Under the pieces are notes generated by a model. That model was given only the letters and a program-made list of their open reading frames with translations, was not told where the DNA came from and searched no databases. DNA of 56,890 nt, from the NCBI GenBank assembly GCA_003554615.1, contig PWGX01000008.1:1-56890 (forward strand), read 5' to 3'. This document shows, piece after piece, positions 48,218-56,890 of the stretch. The position numbers and the translations under genes were made by a program. Each line of letters begins with the position of its first letter. Positions within the stretch are counted from its first letter, which is position 1. This DNA comes from Syntrophomonadaceae bacterium. GTDB taxonomy: Bacteria; Bacillota; Dethiobacteria; DTU022.

Positions 48218-49336
48218 ATGCTGGCTAAAGTTAAAACGGTAGCCGCTTACATGGAAGAACTTGCGCCTTCCACGATTGCCATGTCCGGCGATCCGGTCGG
48301 GCTCCAGCTCGGCCATCCTGAAGCGGAGGTCAAAAAAATACTGGTCGCCCTTGATCCGGGCTTCGATGCTATCCGGGAAGCCGCAGAGGCTGAAGCTGAT
48401 ATGCTGGTAACCCACCACCCCCTGTTTTACAATAAGATTGTTTCCCTGGATGAAAGCAATCCATCCGGACACCTGGCTGCGGAAGCACTGAGAAAAGGCA
48501 TGTGCATATTCAGCGCTCATACCAATTATGATATTGCTCCCCGCGGTGTTAACTACCGCCTGGCAGAGGCGCTGGGCCTTCCGGCCGAACAGGGCCGGGT
48601 GGTAGAGGTGACCGGCAGTGAACAGCTTTTAAAACTGGTGGTATTTATACCGGCCGGCCATGAAGACAATATTCGCGGCGCTCTATCCAGGGCGGGGGCC
48701 GGCCAGATAGGCAATTACAGCCACTGTACTTTTCAAGTGCCGGGAACAGGAACGTTTATGCCCGGCGAGGGCACCGATCCCTATATCGGCAGCCGGGACA
48801 GGCTCGAAAAAGTTGAGGAAATGCGCATGGAAACTATTCTTCCGGCGACCAGGAAAAAGGAAGTAATTAAGGCCTTGATTGAAGCTCATCCTTATGAAGA
48901 GGTTGCCTATGATCTTTACCCGCTGGCCCTGGAGGGCGGAAGCATAGGCCTTGGCCTGCAGTTTGAACTGGAAACACCGATTTCAATGGAATTCATTCTA
49001 GATAAGTGCCGGGTTACATTAAAGGCGGAATCCCTGCGCAGCTGGGATGCCGGTAAAAGCAGCTTCAACCGGGTGGCATTATGTGGAGGCAGTGGAGGGT
49101 CTTTGATTGAGCCGGTGGTCCGGCAGGGGGCAGAACTCCTCATCTCAGGTGATTTCCGGTACCATGATTTAAAACTGGCCCAGGCTTACGACCTGGCCCT
49201 GGTTGATGCCGGCCATGATGCAACCGAGTGGCCGGGAGTGGTGTACCTCCACAAATACCTGGAGGAACGTTTGAAAGCTGATCGGTACGAAACCGGAGTT
49301 AACCTGCAAACTTCGGTTTCCCCGGGCTGGAAATAA
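48218..49336 (+). CDS. Nif3-like dinuclear metal-centre hexameric protein (YqfO type, with PII-like insert)
   Basis: DPVGLQLG, THHPLF, AHTNYD, KLVVFIP, AHPYEEVAYD, DAGH.ATE; ATG 48218. Confidence 0.92.
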   Translation: MLAKVKTVAAYMEELAPSTIAMSGDPVGLQLGHPEAEVKKILVALDPGFDAIREAAEAEADMLVTHHPLFYNKIVSLDESNPSGHLAAEALRKGMCIFSAHTNYDIAPRGVNYRLAEALGLPAEQGRVVEVTGSEQLLKLVVFIPAGHEDNIRGALSRAGAGQIGNYSHCTFQVPGTGTFMPGEGTDPYIGSRDRLEKVEEMRMETILPATRKKEVIKALIEAHPYEEVAYDLYPLALEGGSIGLGLQFELETPISMEFILDKCRVTLKAESLRSWDAGKSSFNRVALCGGSGGSLIEPVVRQGAELLISGDFRYHDLKLAQAYDLALVDAGHDATEWPGVVYLHKYLEERLKADRYETGVNLQTSVSPGWK

Positions 49337-49342
49337 CTTTTT

Positions 49343-49370
49343 AAAAAGGTAGGTTTACACCTACCTTTTT
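49343..49370. terminator. bidirectional terminator-like hairpin
   Basis: AAAAAGGTAGGT-ttac-ACCTACCTTTTT. Confidence 0.65.
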
Positions 49371-49395
49371 CATTAACCGAGAGGGGTGTATAAGG

Positions 49396-50106
49396 GTGCA
49401 ATTGAAGCTGCTTTGGGAATTACAGGAACTTGACCTCTCCATTAAAGGCCTTCAATTAAAAATTGAAGAAGCTCCCGGGTTGAGCGGGGTGCAGGAGGTA
49501 AAAGAAGACCTGGAAAACCTGGAAAATAATTATGCTGAAAAAGAAAACCGGCTTAAGTCAGCCCGTAAAGAGTTAAAACAGATGGAATTTGAAGAACAAT
49601 CTATTGTTGAAACCAGCAATGAGCTAAAGGACAACATGTACGGCGGCAAAGTCAGCAATGTTAAAGAGCTTGAACAAATGCAGCGACGGCTGGACAATTT
49701 GGCTGATAACAAGAAACAGCTGGAAGAAAAAATTATTAATTCAATGGAATTAATCGAGTCCCTGGAAGAAGAGCTGGGCGAGCTCGGGGAAAAAATTAGC
49801 CGGGCCAGGGAAGATCTTGAAATTAAGGAAAAGCAGCTTGCAGATGAGCTGGATCAATATAACCGGGAAGTTGAAAGGTTGCAGGTCCAAAGAGATGAAC
49901 TAACAGAAAAGCTTGATCAGAAATACCTTGAAAAATATTTGCTCCTGGCCCAAAAATACCAGGGCAAAGCCCTGGCCAGGGTTGTCGATGAGATCTGCGG
50001 CGGTTGTCGGGTGTTTATTTCTTCAGCCCAGCGGGGTCATCTTTACAATCCGAGCTCGATGGTGTATTGTGAAAACTGCGGGCGATTGCTGGTCAAACTG
50101 GACTAG
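49396..50106 (+). CDS. coiled-coil protein with C4 zinc ribbon (DUF164/CT398-like)
   Basis: L.ELQELD, long coiled coil, CGGC...CENCGR; this family is commonly found next to Nif3 genes. Confidence 0.88.
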   Translation: MQLKLLWELQELDLSIKGLQLKIEEAPGLSGVQEVKEDLENLENNYAEKENRLKSARKELKQMEFEEQSIVETSNELKDNMYGGKVSNVKELEQMQRRLDNLADNKKQLEEKIINSMELIESLEEELGELGEKISRAREDLEIKEKQLADELDQYNREVERLQVQRDELTEKLDQKYLEKYLLLAQKYQGKALARVVDEICGGCRVFISSAQRGHLYNPSSMVYCENCGRLLVKLD

Positions 50107-50175
50107 CCATGCAGCACAATAATTGCCTGAACTATTTTTAATAGAACCTGTAAAATTGATCCGGAGGTTTTTATT

Positions 50176-50988
50176 TTGGCTAAGAAAAATGAAAGACCAA
50201 AAGACCTGAAAAGACAACGCTGGGCGGCTATCGTAGCTGCTTTCCTGGCTTTTGGAATGGTGGCATCCGTAGTAGGGGGGTATCTCGGGCATACCCTTGG
50301 TGGAGAAGGCGCGGGCATCCCCCAGGAGCAGGCTGATCCTGAGCCCGAAGATTACCTGGACTACTATGAAGGTGAAGTAGAACGCCTGGAAGAGCACCTG
50401 GAAGAACATGATCCCAGTCCTGCAGTGCTCCAGGAGCTGGCCGAGAATTATCGCTATTTGAGCCTGATCAAGCAAATGTACTTCAATGATCATGAAGCGG
50501 TGGAAGAATACCAGGAAAGGCTGCTGTCCATCTATGAAACCCTGGCCGATATGGAACCTGAGAACCCCAGGTTTCGGCTGGAGCTGATCGGTTTTTATAA
50601 AGAACTGGAGAAAGATGAAGACCTGATATCTGATCAAATTACTATTTTGCAGGAATTGCTCCGCGAAAACCCTGATCCCGCGGTCCACCTTTCTTTTGTT
50701 ACCCTGCTTGATACCGGGAATATGGAAGAACTGCAGCAGGAAGAAATTGGATGGCTTTTTAATTATCTCGAAACGAGGGTAACAGAAGGCACGGCCGATA
50801 ATGAAGAACGCTTATACTATACTTTTTTACTTGGCGAATACCTGGGTGACCAGGCCACGGCCGAATCAATGCTCGAGGATATCCTGGAAGATGAAACAGA
50901 GGACAGCTGGATTTACAGGGAAGCCCAGAACTATTTGCGCTATCTTCAGAGCGAAGATGACGTCGAAGAAGATATTTACTTTGAATAA
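50176..50988 (+). CDS. membrane-anchored acidic helical-repeat (TPR-like) hypothetical protein
   Basis: Basic N-terminus, one TM (WAAIVAAFLAFGMVASVVGGYLG), then Glu/Asp-rich helices; GGAGG RBS. Confidence 0.7.
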   Translation: MAKKNERPKDLKRQRWAAIVAAFLAFGMVASVVGGYLGHTLGGEGAGIPQEQADPEPEDYLDYYEGEVERLEEHLEEHDPSPAVLQELAENYRYLSLIKQMYFNDHEAVEEYQERLLSIYETLADMEPENPRFRLELIGFYKELEKDEDLISDQITILQELLRENPDPAVHLSFVTLLDTGNMEELQQEEIGWLFNYLETRVTEGTADNEERLYYTFLLGEYLGDQATAESMLEDILEDETEDSWIYREAQNYLRYLQSEDDVEEDIYFE

Positions 50989-51021
50989 TTACCCGGAGAG
51001 GAAGCGTAATATACCCCTATT

Positions 51022-51783
51022 ATGGAAAGAGAAAGGTTAATTCGTCTTTTTGAAGAGCTGCGTGTACGCTTGATGATCATTGCGGGGGCAGTTTTTCTTT
51101 TTGCCATTATCAGCTTTACTTTTAGCGATCAAATCAGGCATATTTTGTTGATGCCCGCCGATATGGCATATGCAGGCCTCGATGCAGAGGGTCTGGATCT
51201 TCAACTCATCTTTTTGACTCCCTCAGAAGCGCTCCTGGCCAATCTGCGCCTGGCATTTATTACCAGTGGAATTGTAACCCTGCCCTTGATTCTTTATCAG
51301 CTGCTGGCCACTGCCATAACTGCCGTCGGAAAGACTAAACGGTCTGCTGTGCTGTTAACCCTGGTTATGTACATCCTTTTTGCCATGGGGCTTTCATTCG
51401 CCTATTTTGTGGTTCTTCCCTTTGCTTTGAATTTTTTTGTGGGCTTTTCCGGAGCCGACCTGGTTCCAAGCTTCAGCATTGCCCGTTATTTAACTTTTAC
51501 CACTTCCTTTATGCTGTCTTTTGGCCTGGTATTTCAAATGCCGGTGCTATTCTGGTTTCTGGGCAGTATAGGTCTGCTGACAACTGCATATTTACGAAAA
51601 AACCGCAAGTTTGCCCTGCTGATTATCATCATTTTTGCTTCGGTTCTGACCCCGCCCGATATATTTTCCCAGGTCTTAATGGCCATTCCCCTGATGTTAT
51701 TGTACGAGCTGGGGATATTCATGGTTTACCTGTCTCGGCGCAAGAAGAAAGATCAGGACTTGCCCGATGCGACCGCCGGTTAG
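51022..51783 (+). CDS. tatC: TatC family protein (divergent signal-binding site)
   Basis: EELRVRL, FAYFVVLP, FGLVFQMP, LTPPDIFSQVLMAIPLMLLYE; six TM segments. Confidence 0.9.
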   Translation: MERERLIRLFEELRVRLMIIAGAVFLFAIISFTFSDQIRHILLMPADMAYAGLDAEGLDLQLIFLTPSEALLANLRLAFITSGIVTLPLILYQLLATAITAVGKTKRSAVLLTLVMYILFAMGLSFAYFVVLPFALNFFVGFSGADLVPSFSIARYLTFTTSFMLSFGLVFQMPVLFWFLGSIGLLTTAYLRKNRKFALLIIIIFASVLTPPDIFSQVLMAIPLMLLYELGIFMVYLSRRKKKDQDLPDATAG

Positions 51784-51870
51784 TTGGGTCTTATATTTCT
51801 CATGAAGGGATAATGCGTTGATCTGTAGAAATATGTTCCAGATACTTCTGGGAAAGGCTGGATCTAGATT

Positions 51871-53406
51871 ATGAAACTGGCCGGAAATGGAGAATACCGG
51901 GGAGAATTATTAAATAATAAGCCGCACGGCCGGGGCACGGTTACCTGGCCGGACGGGAGCAGGTATAGCGGCGAATGGAAAAACGGGCGTTTCCACGGCG
52001 AAGGTACTTTTGTCTGGTCCAATGGCGATAAGTACGAAGGCCACTGGAAAGAAGATAAGATGCACGGCCGGGGTACGTATCTGTTTGCCGACTGGCGTAA
52101 ATATGTCGGAGAGTGGAAGAATGATCAAATGCACGGGCTGGGTACTTATTACTGGCCCACCGGTGAAAAATATGAAGGCGAATTTGTAGACGGCTTATAT
52201 GAAAGGCATGGCACTTTTACCTGGCCCGATGGAAAAAAATATACCGGTGAATGGAGGCAGGCCTACCGCCACGGTCAAGGCATGATGGTATGGCCGAATG
52301 GCAAGAGCTATAAAGGGCAGTGGGTTGAAGACCGCCGCGAGGGGACAGGAACCCAAATCTGGCCCGACGGACGCAGGTATGAAGGCGAGTGGAGAGACAA
52401 CCGGATGCACGGCCGGGGCACCTATACTTTTGCCGATGGGGCGAGATACGTAGGCACCTTTAAGCAGGGGCAGTTTACCGATAAAGGCCGTTACTTTTTC
52501 CCGGACGGCGCTGAATACAAAGGCAGGTTACAGGAAGGCTTGCCCCACGGCAGCGGCTCCGCCCTGTTGCCGGATAGGACCCGGTTTAAAGGAACTTATG
52601 AACATGGTAGAAATACCGGAACCGGCCGGTGTATTTTACCCGATGGAACAAAATATGTCGGGGAATGTAAAAATAACCGGCCCCATGGAAAAGGGACTTT
52701 GTATTTCCAGGATCAGTCTCGTTTTGTCGGAACCTTTAACCAGGGCGCGCTCCTGGACGAAGGGACCTTTTTTTTCCCCGATGGATCTCTATACAGTGGA
52801 GAGCTGGCCGGCGGCCGGCCCACTGGCGGGGGCGAGGTCGCCTATAAAGATGGAACGGCCTACAAGGGCGAGTTCAAGAATGGCAAAAAACACGGTTACG
52901 GGATCATGACCTGGAAGGATGGCTCTGAATATAAAGGTTACTGGCAGGATGATTTAATGGAAGGATCCGGCCTGTACCGTAGTACCGCTGGTGATCGTTA
53001 CGAAGGATCTTTTAAAAAAGGGCTGTATCATGGTGAAGGCTGCCTTGAAAAGCCTGATCGATCAATCTGGCGCGGCAGCTGGGAATCGGGCCTGATGCAT
53101 GGGCGCGGTTACTGTGAAATGGATGGAAAAGGTTCATACGAGGGCGAATTTGCCGCCGGCAAGTTCCTCGGCTGGGGCATCCGGACCTGGCCCGGGGAAA
53201 GCACCTACCGGGGACGGTGGTGGAAAGGTTACCCTCACGGGTACGGCACCTATAAACCGCTGGTTGGGGAACGGTTTACCGGAAACTGGTTTCTAGGGCG
53301 CCGGCATGGCTTTGGGCGGCTGGTGCCGGTAAATGATAAGGCCAAAAGAGGGTTCTGGTTCATAGGCATGGGCCCCTTTAAGCTTAAAACAGATGCTCCT
53401 TTATGA
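51871..53406 (+). CDS. MORN-repeat protein
   Basis: Roughly 20 tandem 23-aa YxGxWxxgxxHGxG..xwpDG repeats across the whole ORF; no signal peptide. Confidence 0.9.
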   Translation: MKLAGNGEYRGELLNNKPHGRGTVTWPDGSRYSGEWKNGRFHGEGTFVWSNGDKYEGHWKEDKMHGRGTYLFADWRKYVGEWKNDQMHGLGTYYWPTGEKYEGEFVDGLYERHGTFTWPDGKKYTGEWRQAYRHGQGMMVWPNGKSYKGQWVEDRREGTGTQIWPDGRRYEGEWRDNRMHGRGTYTFADGARYVGTFKQGQFTDKGRYFFPDGAEYKGRLQEGLPHGSGSALLPDRTRFKGTYEHGRNTGTGRCILPDGTKYVGECKNNRPHGKGTLYFQDQSRFVGTFNQGALLDEGTFFFPDGSLYSGELAGGRPTGGGEVAYKDGTAYKGEFKNGKKHGYGIMTWKDGSEYKGYWQDDLMEGSGLYRSTAGDRYEGSFKKGLYHGEGCLEKPDRSIWRGSWESGLMHGRGYCEMDGKGSYEGEFAAGKFLGWGIRTWPGESTYRGRWWKGYPHGYGTYKPLVGERFTGNWFLGRRHGFGRLVPVNDKAKRGFWFIGMGPFKLKTDAPL

Positions 53407-53536
53407 GCAGGGGCAGTGGGATAAAGCTTTTTCCCTGGCTGCCGAGAAGTATAACCTCGATGAAGTTGAAGTTATGTCTTACTACCTGGAATCCCTCGAA
53501 TTAGCTGATATGGCCGGTAACTGGAATAATTCTTAA
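53393..53536 (+). pseudogene. possible remnant of the 3' end of an EAL/HDOD (YuxH/PdeH-like) gene
   Basis: Manual translation MLLYEQGQWDKAFSLAAEKYNLDEVEVMSYYLESLELADMAGNWNNS resembles the YExGxW...YLxAxxxA C-terminal helices of that family. Confidence 0.4.
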
Positions 53537-53750
53537 TTTGACATCAAAAGTGAACCGTGATAAAGTTTACCTATATTTATGTGCATATTTATTATTTATT
53601 TTGCCTATTTCGGCCCTGATCTAACTGGAAATCCAGATCCGGCCGGGGCATGATTCCCTCTTTTTGCTATGCCGCCCAGGCTAACTCGTGCCGGTTTATA
53701 AAACTGCACTCTACTTCAACCAAATAAATATCTGAAAGGGGATTATAAAA

Positions 53751-54239
53751 TTGATTACTGAAAATGAGCAAAAAATATATGACCTCATGGACCAGCTGGG
53801 CATTCAATACACCCGTTATGAACATCCTCCGGTTTACACGGTCGAAGAAGCGCAGCAATACTGGAAAGATATCGAAGGAGCCCATTCAAAAAACCTGTTT
53901 TTAAGAAATAACAAGGGAAACCGCCATTTCCTGGTAGTCCTGGAGCAATCTAAATCGGCCGATTTGAAAGACCTTTCCGCCAAACTGGCTGCGGGCAAAC
54001 TTAGTTTTGCTTCTGAGCGCCGCTTGCAGGAGCACCTTGGACTTGAGACGGGGGCTGTTTCACCTTTCGGTATTATAAATGACGAGAAAAAAGCAGTTGC
54101 CCTGGTAATTGACCGCGCTTTGCAGAAAAAGGAATATGTCAATTTTCACCCCAATGTTAATACGGCCACGGTTAATCTTTCATTCAAGGATTTTGAAAAG
54201 TTCCTCAAGCACTGTGGCAACGAGGTTATCTATATTTAG
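53751..54239 (+). CDS. YbaK/ProX (PrdX-like) aminoacyl-tRNA editing domain protein
   Basis: EHPPVYTVEE, KNLFLRN, LSFAS, GAVSPFG, FHPNVNTAT. Confidence 0.9.
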   Translation: MITENEQKIYDLMDQLGIQYTRYEHPPVYTVEEAQQYWKDIEGAHSKNLFLRNNKGNRHFLVVLEQSKSADLKDLSAKLAAGKLSFASERRLQEHLGLETGAVSPFGIINDEKKAVALVIDRALQKKEYVNFHPNVNTATVNLSFKDFEKFLKHCGNEVIYI

Positions 54240-54273
54240 CCGGGAACCGGTGACTTAAAGCTATAAAGGTGGC

Positions 54274-56076
54274 ATGTCTCTTTTGAAAGAATTAAAGAGT
54301 ATTCAAAGCTTTTTACAGCAGGTCACAGGAGCTTTTGCAGGGGTAGTAGGTATAGAAATCGGCATTATCAGCAGCAACCTCGAAGTTATTGCCGGTAGCG
54401 GCTACTTCGAAAAAGAGGTGGGGACCGTATATGGCGAGGGCTGCATGACCCATAAAATAGTATCTTCTACCAGCGAGGAATCTATTTTTGTTGAGAACAC
54501 GTCCCATGTAGTTTGCTGTGCGGAATGTGAATACTCGGAAAGATGCGAAGTGCTTGCTTTTGTAATGCGCCCCATCGTCTACGGGGATGAAAAAATTGGC
54601 AGTATATCACTGCTGGCTCTGACCGAACAGCACCGCCGGAAACTGCTTAACCATTATGAAAAGATGCAGGATTTCCTGAGTAAATTGGGCAACATCATTT
54701 TGATTTCACTCAATGAAAAAAGAATGGAATCCAAGGTTACCAGCCTGATGAACCAGTTTAAAGATGTCATCAACTCTATTTATGAGGGCGTTATTGCCAT
54801 TAATAACCAGGGCATAATTACTAATATGAACCATGCTGCAGAAGAGATGCTGGATCTTGAGTATAACAGCGAAAACGGCTGTCATATTAACGACCTTTTC
54901 CCCGATTTTGTAGTAGAAGATGCCATCAGCAAGCATAACAGCGCCGGAGAAGATCTTTATTACGTAAATGAAGTGAGCTATACCGGTCCCGAAAACAAAA
55001 CCTTATACCTGTTTTATAATGTCACCCCTATGTATGAAGACGGAAGGGTTTCGGGGGCGGTTTTGACATTTCGTAAGAAAGAAGAAGTAGAGGAAATGGC
55101 CACCCGGATTATGAAAGAAAACAAAAAATCGACTTTTTCCGGTATTATCGGAGCCAGCGCGGAAATCAATGAAATCAAGGAAAAAATGAGGTTGATTGCT
55201 GCCACTGATTCGACCGTTTTAATTAGAGGCGAAACCGGAACCGGAAAGAGCATCTTTGCGCGCGCCATACATGAGGAAAGTCCTCGCCGGAAAAACCCTT
55301 TTGTTTCTGTGAGTTGTGCGGCCATACCCGCCACGCTGCTTGAATCGGAACTGTTTGGCTACGAAGAAGGAGCATTTACCGGGGCCCGCAAAGGCGGCAA
55401 ACCCGGAAAATTCGAGATGGCTCACGGCGGCACAATTTTTCTTGATGAAATCGGTGATATGCCTCTTGATTTTCAGGTAAAACTGCTGCACGTGATTGAG
55501 AATAAAAGCATAGCCCGGATCGGTGGAGTTTCATTTCGTGATGTCGATGTGCGCATTATTGCCGCTACCAACAGGGACCTGGAAGAATTGATTAAAGAAG
55601 GGAAATTCCGTGAAGATCTTTTTTACCGGATTAACGTTATCCCCTTTATCCTGCCCGGATTACGGGATCGTAAAGACGATATCATTCTTTTAATGCACCA
55701 CTTCCTCGATTATTACTCGGTGCGCCTTAATAAAAAGATTAAAGGGTTTGAAGAAGAAGCCCGTGAAGCCCTGCTTGCCTACCCCTGGCCGGGCAATGTC
55801 CGGGAATTGGAAAATGCTATCGAATATGCCATTAATATAGAGTCCGGAACTCAAATTAGCAAAAGCAGTTTGCCCGAAAAAATAACCAGGTATTACAGCA
55901 GAAGCGACTCAATTGGGATTGAAGATATTTCCTCGCTGGAGCAAAAAGCCATTAAAGCTGCCCTGCAAAAATACGGGTACAGCACCCGGGGCAAAGAAAA
56001 AGCTGCCAGCGCCCTCGGTATAAGCAGGGCTACCCTCTATCGAAAGCTAAAAGATATTGAAGTGGACGCTTCTTAA
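54274..56076 (+). CDS. sigma54-dependent enhancer-binding protein (sensor-PAS-AAA+-HTH)
   Basis: [52 protein letters not shown]. Confidence 0.95.
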   Translation: MSLLKELKSIQSFLQQVTGAFAGVVGIEIGIISSNLEVIAGSGYFEKEVGTVYGEGCMTHKIVSSTSEESIFVENTSHVVCCAECEYSERCEVLAFVMRPIVYGDEKIGSISLLALTEQHRRKLLNHYEKMQDFLSKLGNIILISLNEKRMESKVTSLMNQFKDVINSIYEGVIAINNQGIITNMNHAAEEMLDLEYNSENGCHINDLFPDFVVEDAISKHNSAGEDLYYVNEVSYTGPENKTLYLFYNVTPMYEDGRVSGAVLTFRKKEEVEEMATRIMKENKKSTFSGIIGASAEINEIKEKMRLIAATDSTVLIRGETGTGKSIFARAIHEESPRRKNPFVSVSCAAIPATLLESELFGYEEGAFTGARKGGKPGKFEMAHGGTIFLDEIGDMPLDFQVKLLHVIENKSIARIGGVSFRDVDVRIIAATNRDLEELIKEGKFREDLFYRINVIPFILPGLRDRKDDIILLMHHFLDYYSVRLNKKIKGFEEEAREALLAYPWPGNVRELENAIEYAINIESGTQISKSSLPEKITRYYSRSDSIGIEDISSLEQKAIKAALQKYGYSTRGKEKAASALGISRATLYRKLKDIEVDAS

Positions 56077-56078
56077 TT

Positions 56079-56184
56079 TGATAAAAATTATCATTTTGAT
56101 AATACGCTGATCTTTCTTCATGTTTTCCGTCACTGCTATCCATTTTGCAGTATATCGCCGCACAGTGTTTCTAATTATGAGAAA
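56079..56184. promoter_or_regulatory. candidate upstream activator sites for the EBP
   Basis: ATTATCA-N3-TGATAAT (56087-56103) and TTTCTAA-N3-TGAGAAA (56168-56184), about 85-180 bp upstream of the -24 box. Confidence 0.5.
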
Positions 56185-56268
56185 GAACACCGTTATCAAT
56201 AATAAGCACGGTTTCTTTTTTTCCATATAACAAGGGCAGGATTGAGTTTTCGGGTAAATTTTAACGTA

Positions 56269-56284
56269 TGGCATGAATATTGCT
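56269..56284 (+). promoter_or_regulatory. sigma54 -24/-12 promoter
   Basis: TGGCAT-GAATA-TTGCT, canonical spacing, directly downstream of an EBP gene. Confidence 0.88.
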
Positions 56285-56427
56285 TTATTTATAAAGTAGA
56301 TTAATAATTTCCTCATGTAATGTTCGTTTTTAGATGCCAAAAAACAAGTTAGGGGGTTGATAAATGTAGCATGAAAACTCACCTTTTATCCCGCACTGAT
56401 AATCTTATTTTGAAGGAGGTATCCTAA

Positions 56428-56890
56428 GTGGTTGAGAAACAAACGGAACAAGAAAAAAGCATGTATGCCAAGCGAACGTTTTGGATTGCCCTTATTATCA
56501 TGCTTGTATTCGTGGTTTTTGGTATTGCCGCCCCGGATGCTTTTGGTGAGGCAGCCGGAACAGTTTTTGACTACATGGTGGAACAGTGGGGATGGTCTTT
56601 CATCCTCGGGGCTAGTCTTTTCCTGATTATGATTGTCTACCTGCTGTTGAGCCCGGTGGGTGAGATTAAGCTGGGTAAAGATGACGAAGAACCGGAGTAC
56701 GGTAACTTTACCTGGTTTGCGATGCTGTTTAGCTGCGGGATGGGTATCGGCCTCCTCTTCTGGGGAGTATCGGAGCCGATCTGGCACTACATGTGGCCGC
56801 CTTATGGCGAAGCGGGCATTCCCGCCGCTGTTCACATGGCGATGCGCTACTCATATTTCCACTGGGGCTTACATCCCTGGGCTATCTATG
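56428..56890 (+). CDS. BCCT family (betaine/carnitine/choline) transporter, truncated by the window end
   Basis: Not in the ORF track. GTG after AAGGAGG; manual translation contains IKLGKDDEEPEY, WFAMLFSCGMGIGLLFWGVSEP and FHWGLHPWAIY. Confidence 0.93.
   Translation, partial: MVEKQTEQEKSMYAKRTFWIALIIMLVFVVFGIAAPDAFGEAAGTVFDYMVEQWGWSFILGASLFLIMIVYLLLSPVGEIKLGKDDEEPEYGNFTWFAMLFSCGMGIGLLFWGVSEPIWHYMWPPYGEAGIPAAVHMAMRYSYFHWGLHPWAIY

Noticed and set aside
51871-53406. Periodic DNA similarity suggesting a CRISPR or repeat array
   Set aside because: The 69-nt periodicity is degenerate at the DNA level and fully explained by coding MORN repeats; no cas genes, integrases or transposases were seen anywhere in the window

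Overview
Core-chromosome segment of an anaerobic Bacillota (Clostridia/Dethiobacteria-like; this placement is inferred from gene order and protein style, and several proteins are notably acidic). Gene order: acpS (partial), cspA, iscR-iscS-iscU, CIRCE-controlled hrcA-grpE-dnaK-dnaJ-rsmE-mtaB, an opposite-strand selU-ylbF-HAD block, hit-rpsU-yqeY-nfeD-floA-yqfB-speB-phoH-pgpH-ybeY-dgkA-cdd-era-recO, T-box glyQS, ppsR-ppdK, a GltD-like/ferredoxin/MvhD fusion oxidoreductase, dnaG-sigA, a fragmented tRNA cluster (Asn, Ile2/Met-CAT, Glu, Val) with accessory genes, mnmA and other metabolic genes, Nif3-like and zinc-ribbon genes, tatC, a MORN-repeat protein, a ProX-like editing protein, and a sigma54 activator upstream of a BCCT transporter (partial). 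I saw no integrase, transposase or CRISPR array. The most unusual signals are: (1) cytidine deaminase fused in frame to a TsaA/TrmO-like SAM-binding domain; (2) a TatC lacking the twin-arginine recognition residues (H12L, F94T, E103K in E. coli numbering) while keeping the TatA/TatB-contact helices; (3) a decayed 5' half of tRNA-Val left behind tRNA-Glu, with the intact gene displaced downstream; (4) the stand-alone GltD-like/MvhD fusion; (5) remnants of flaG and possibly an EAL/HDOD gene; (6) several unexplained structured intergenic elements. All family calls are by visual motif recognition; no database searches were run.
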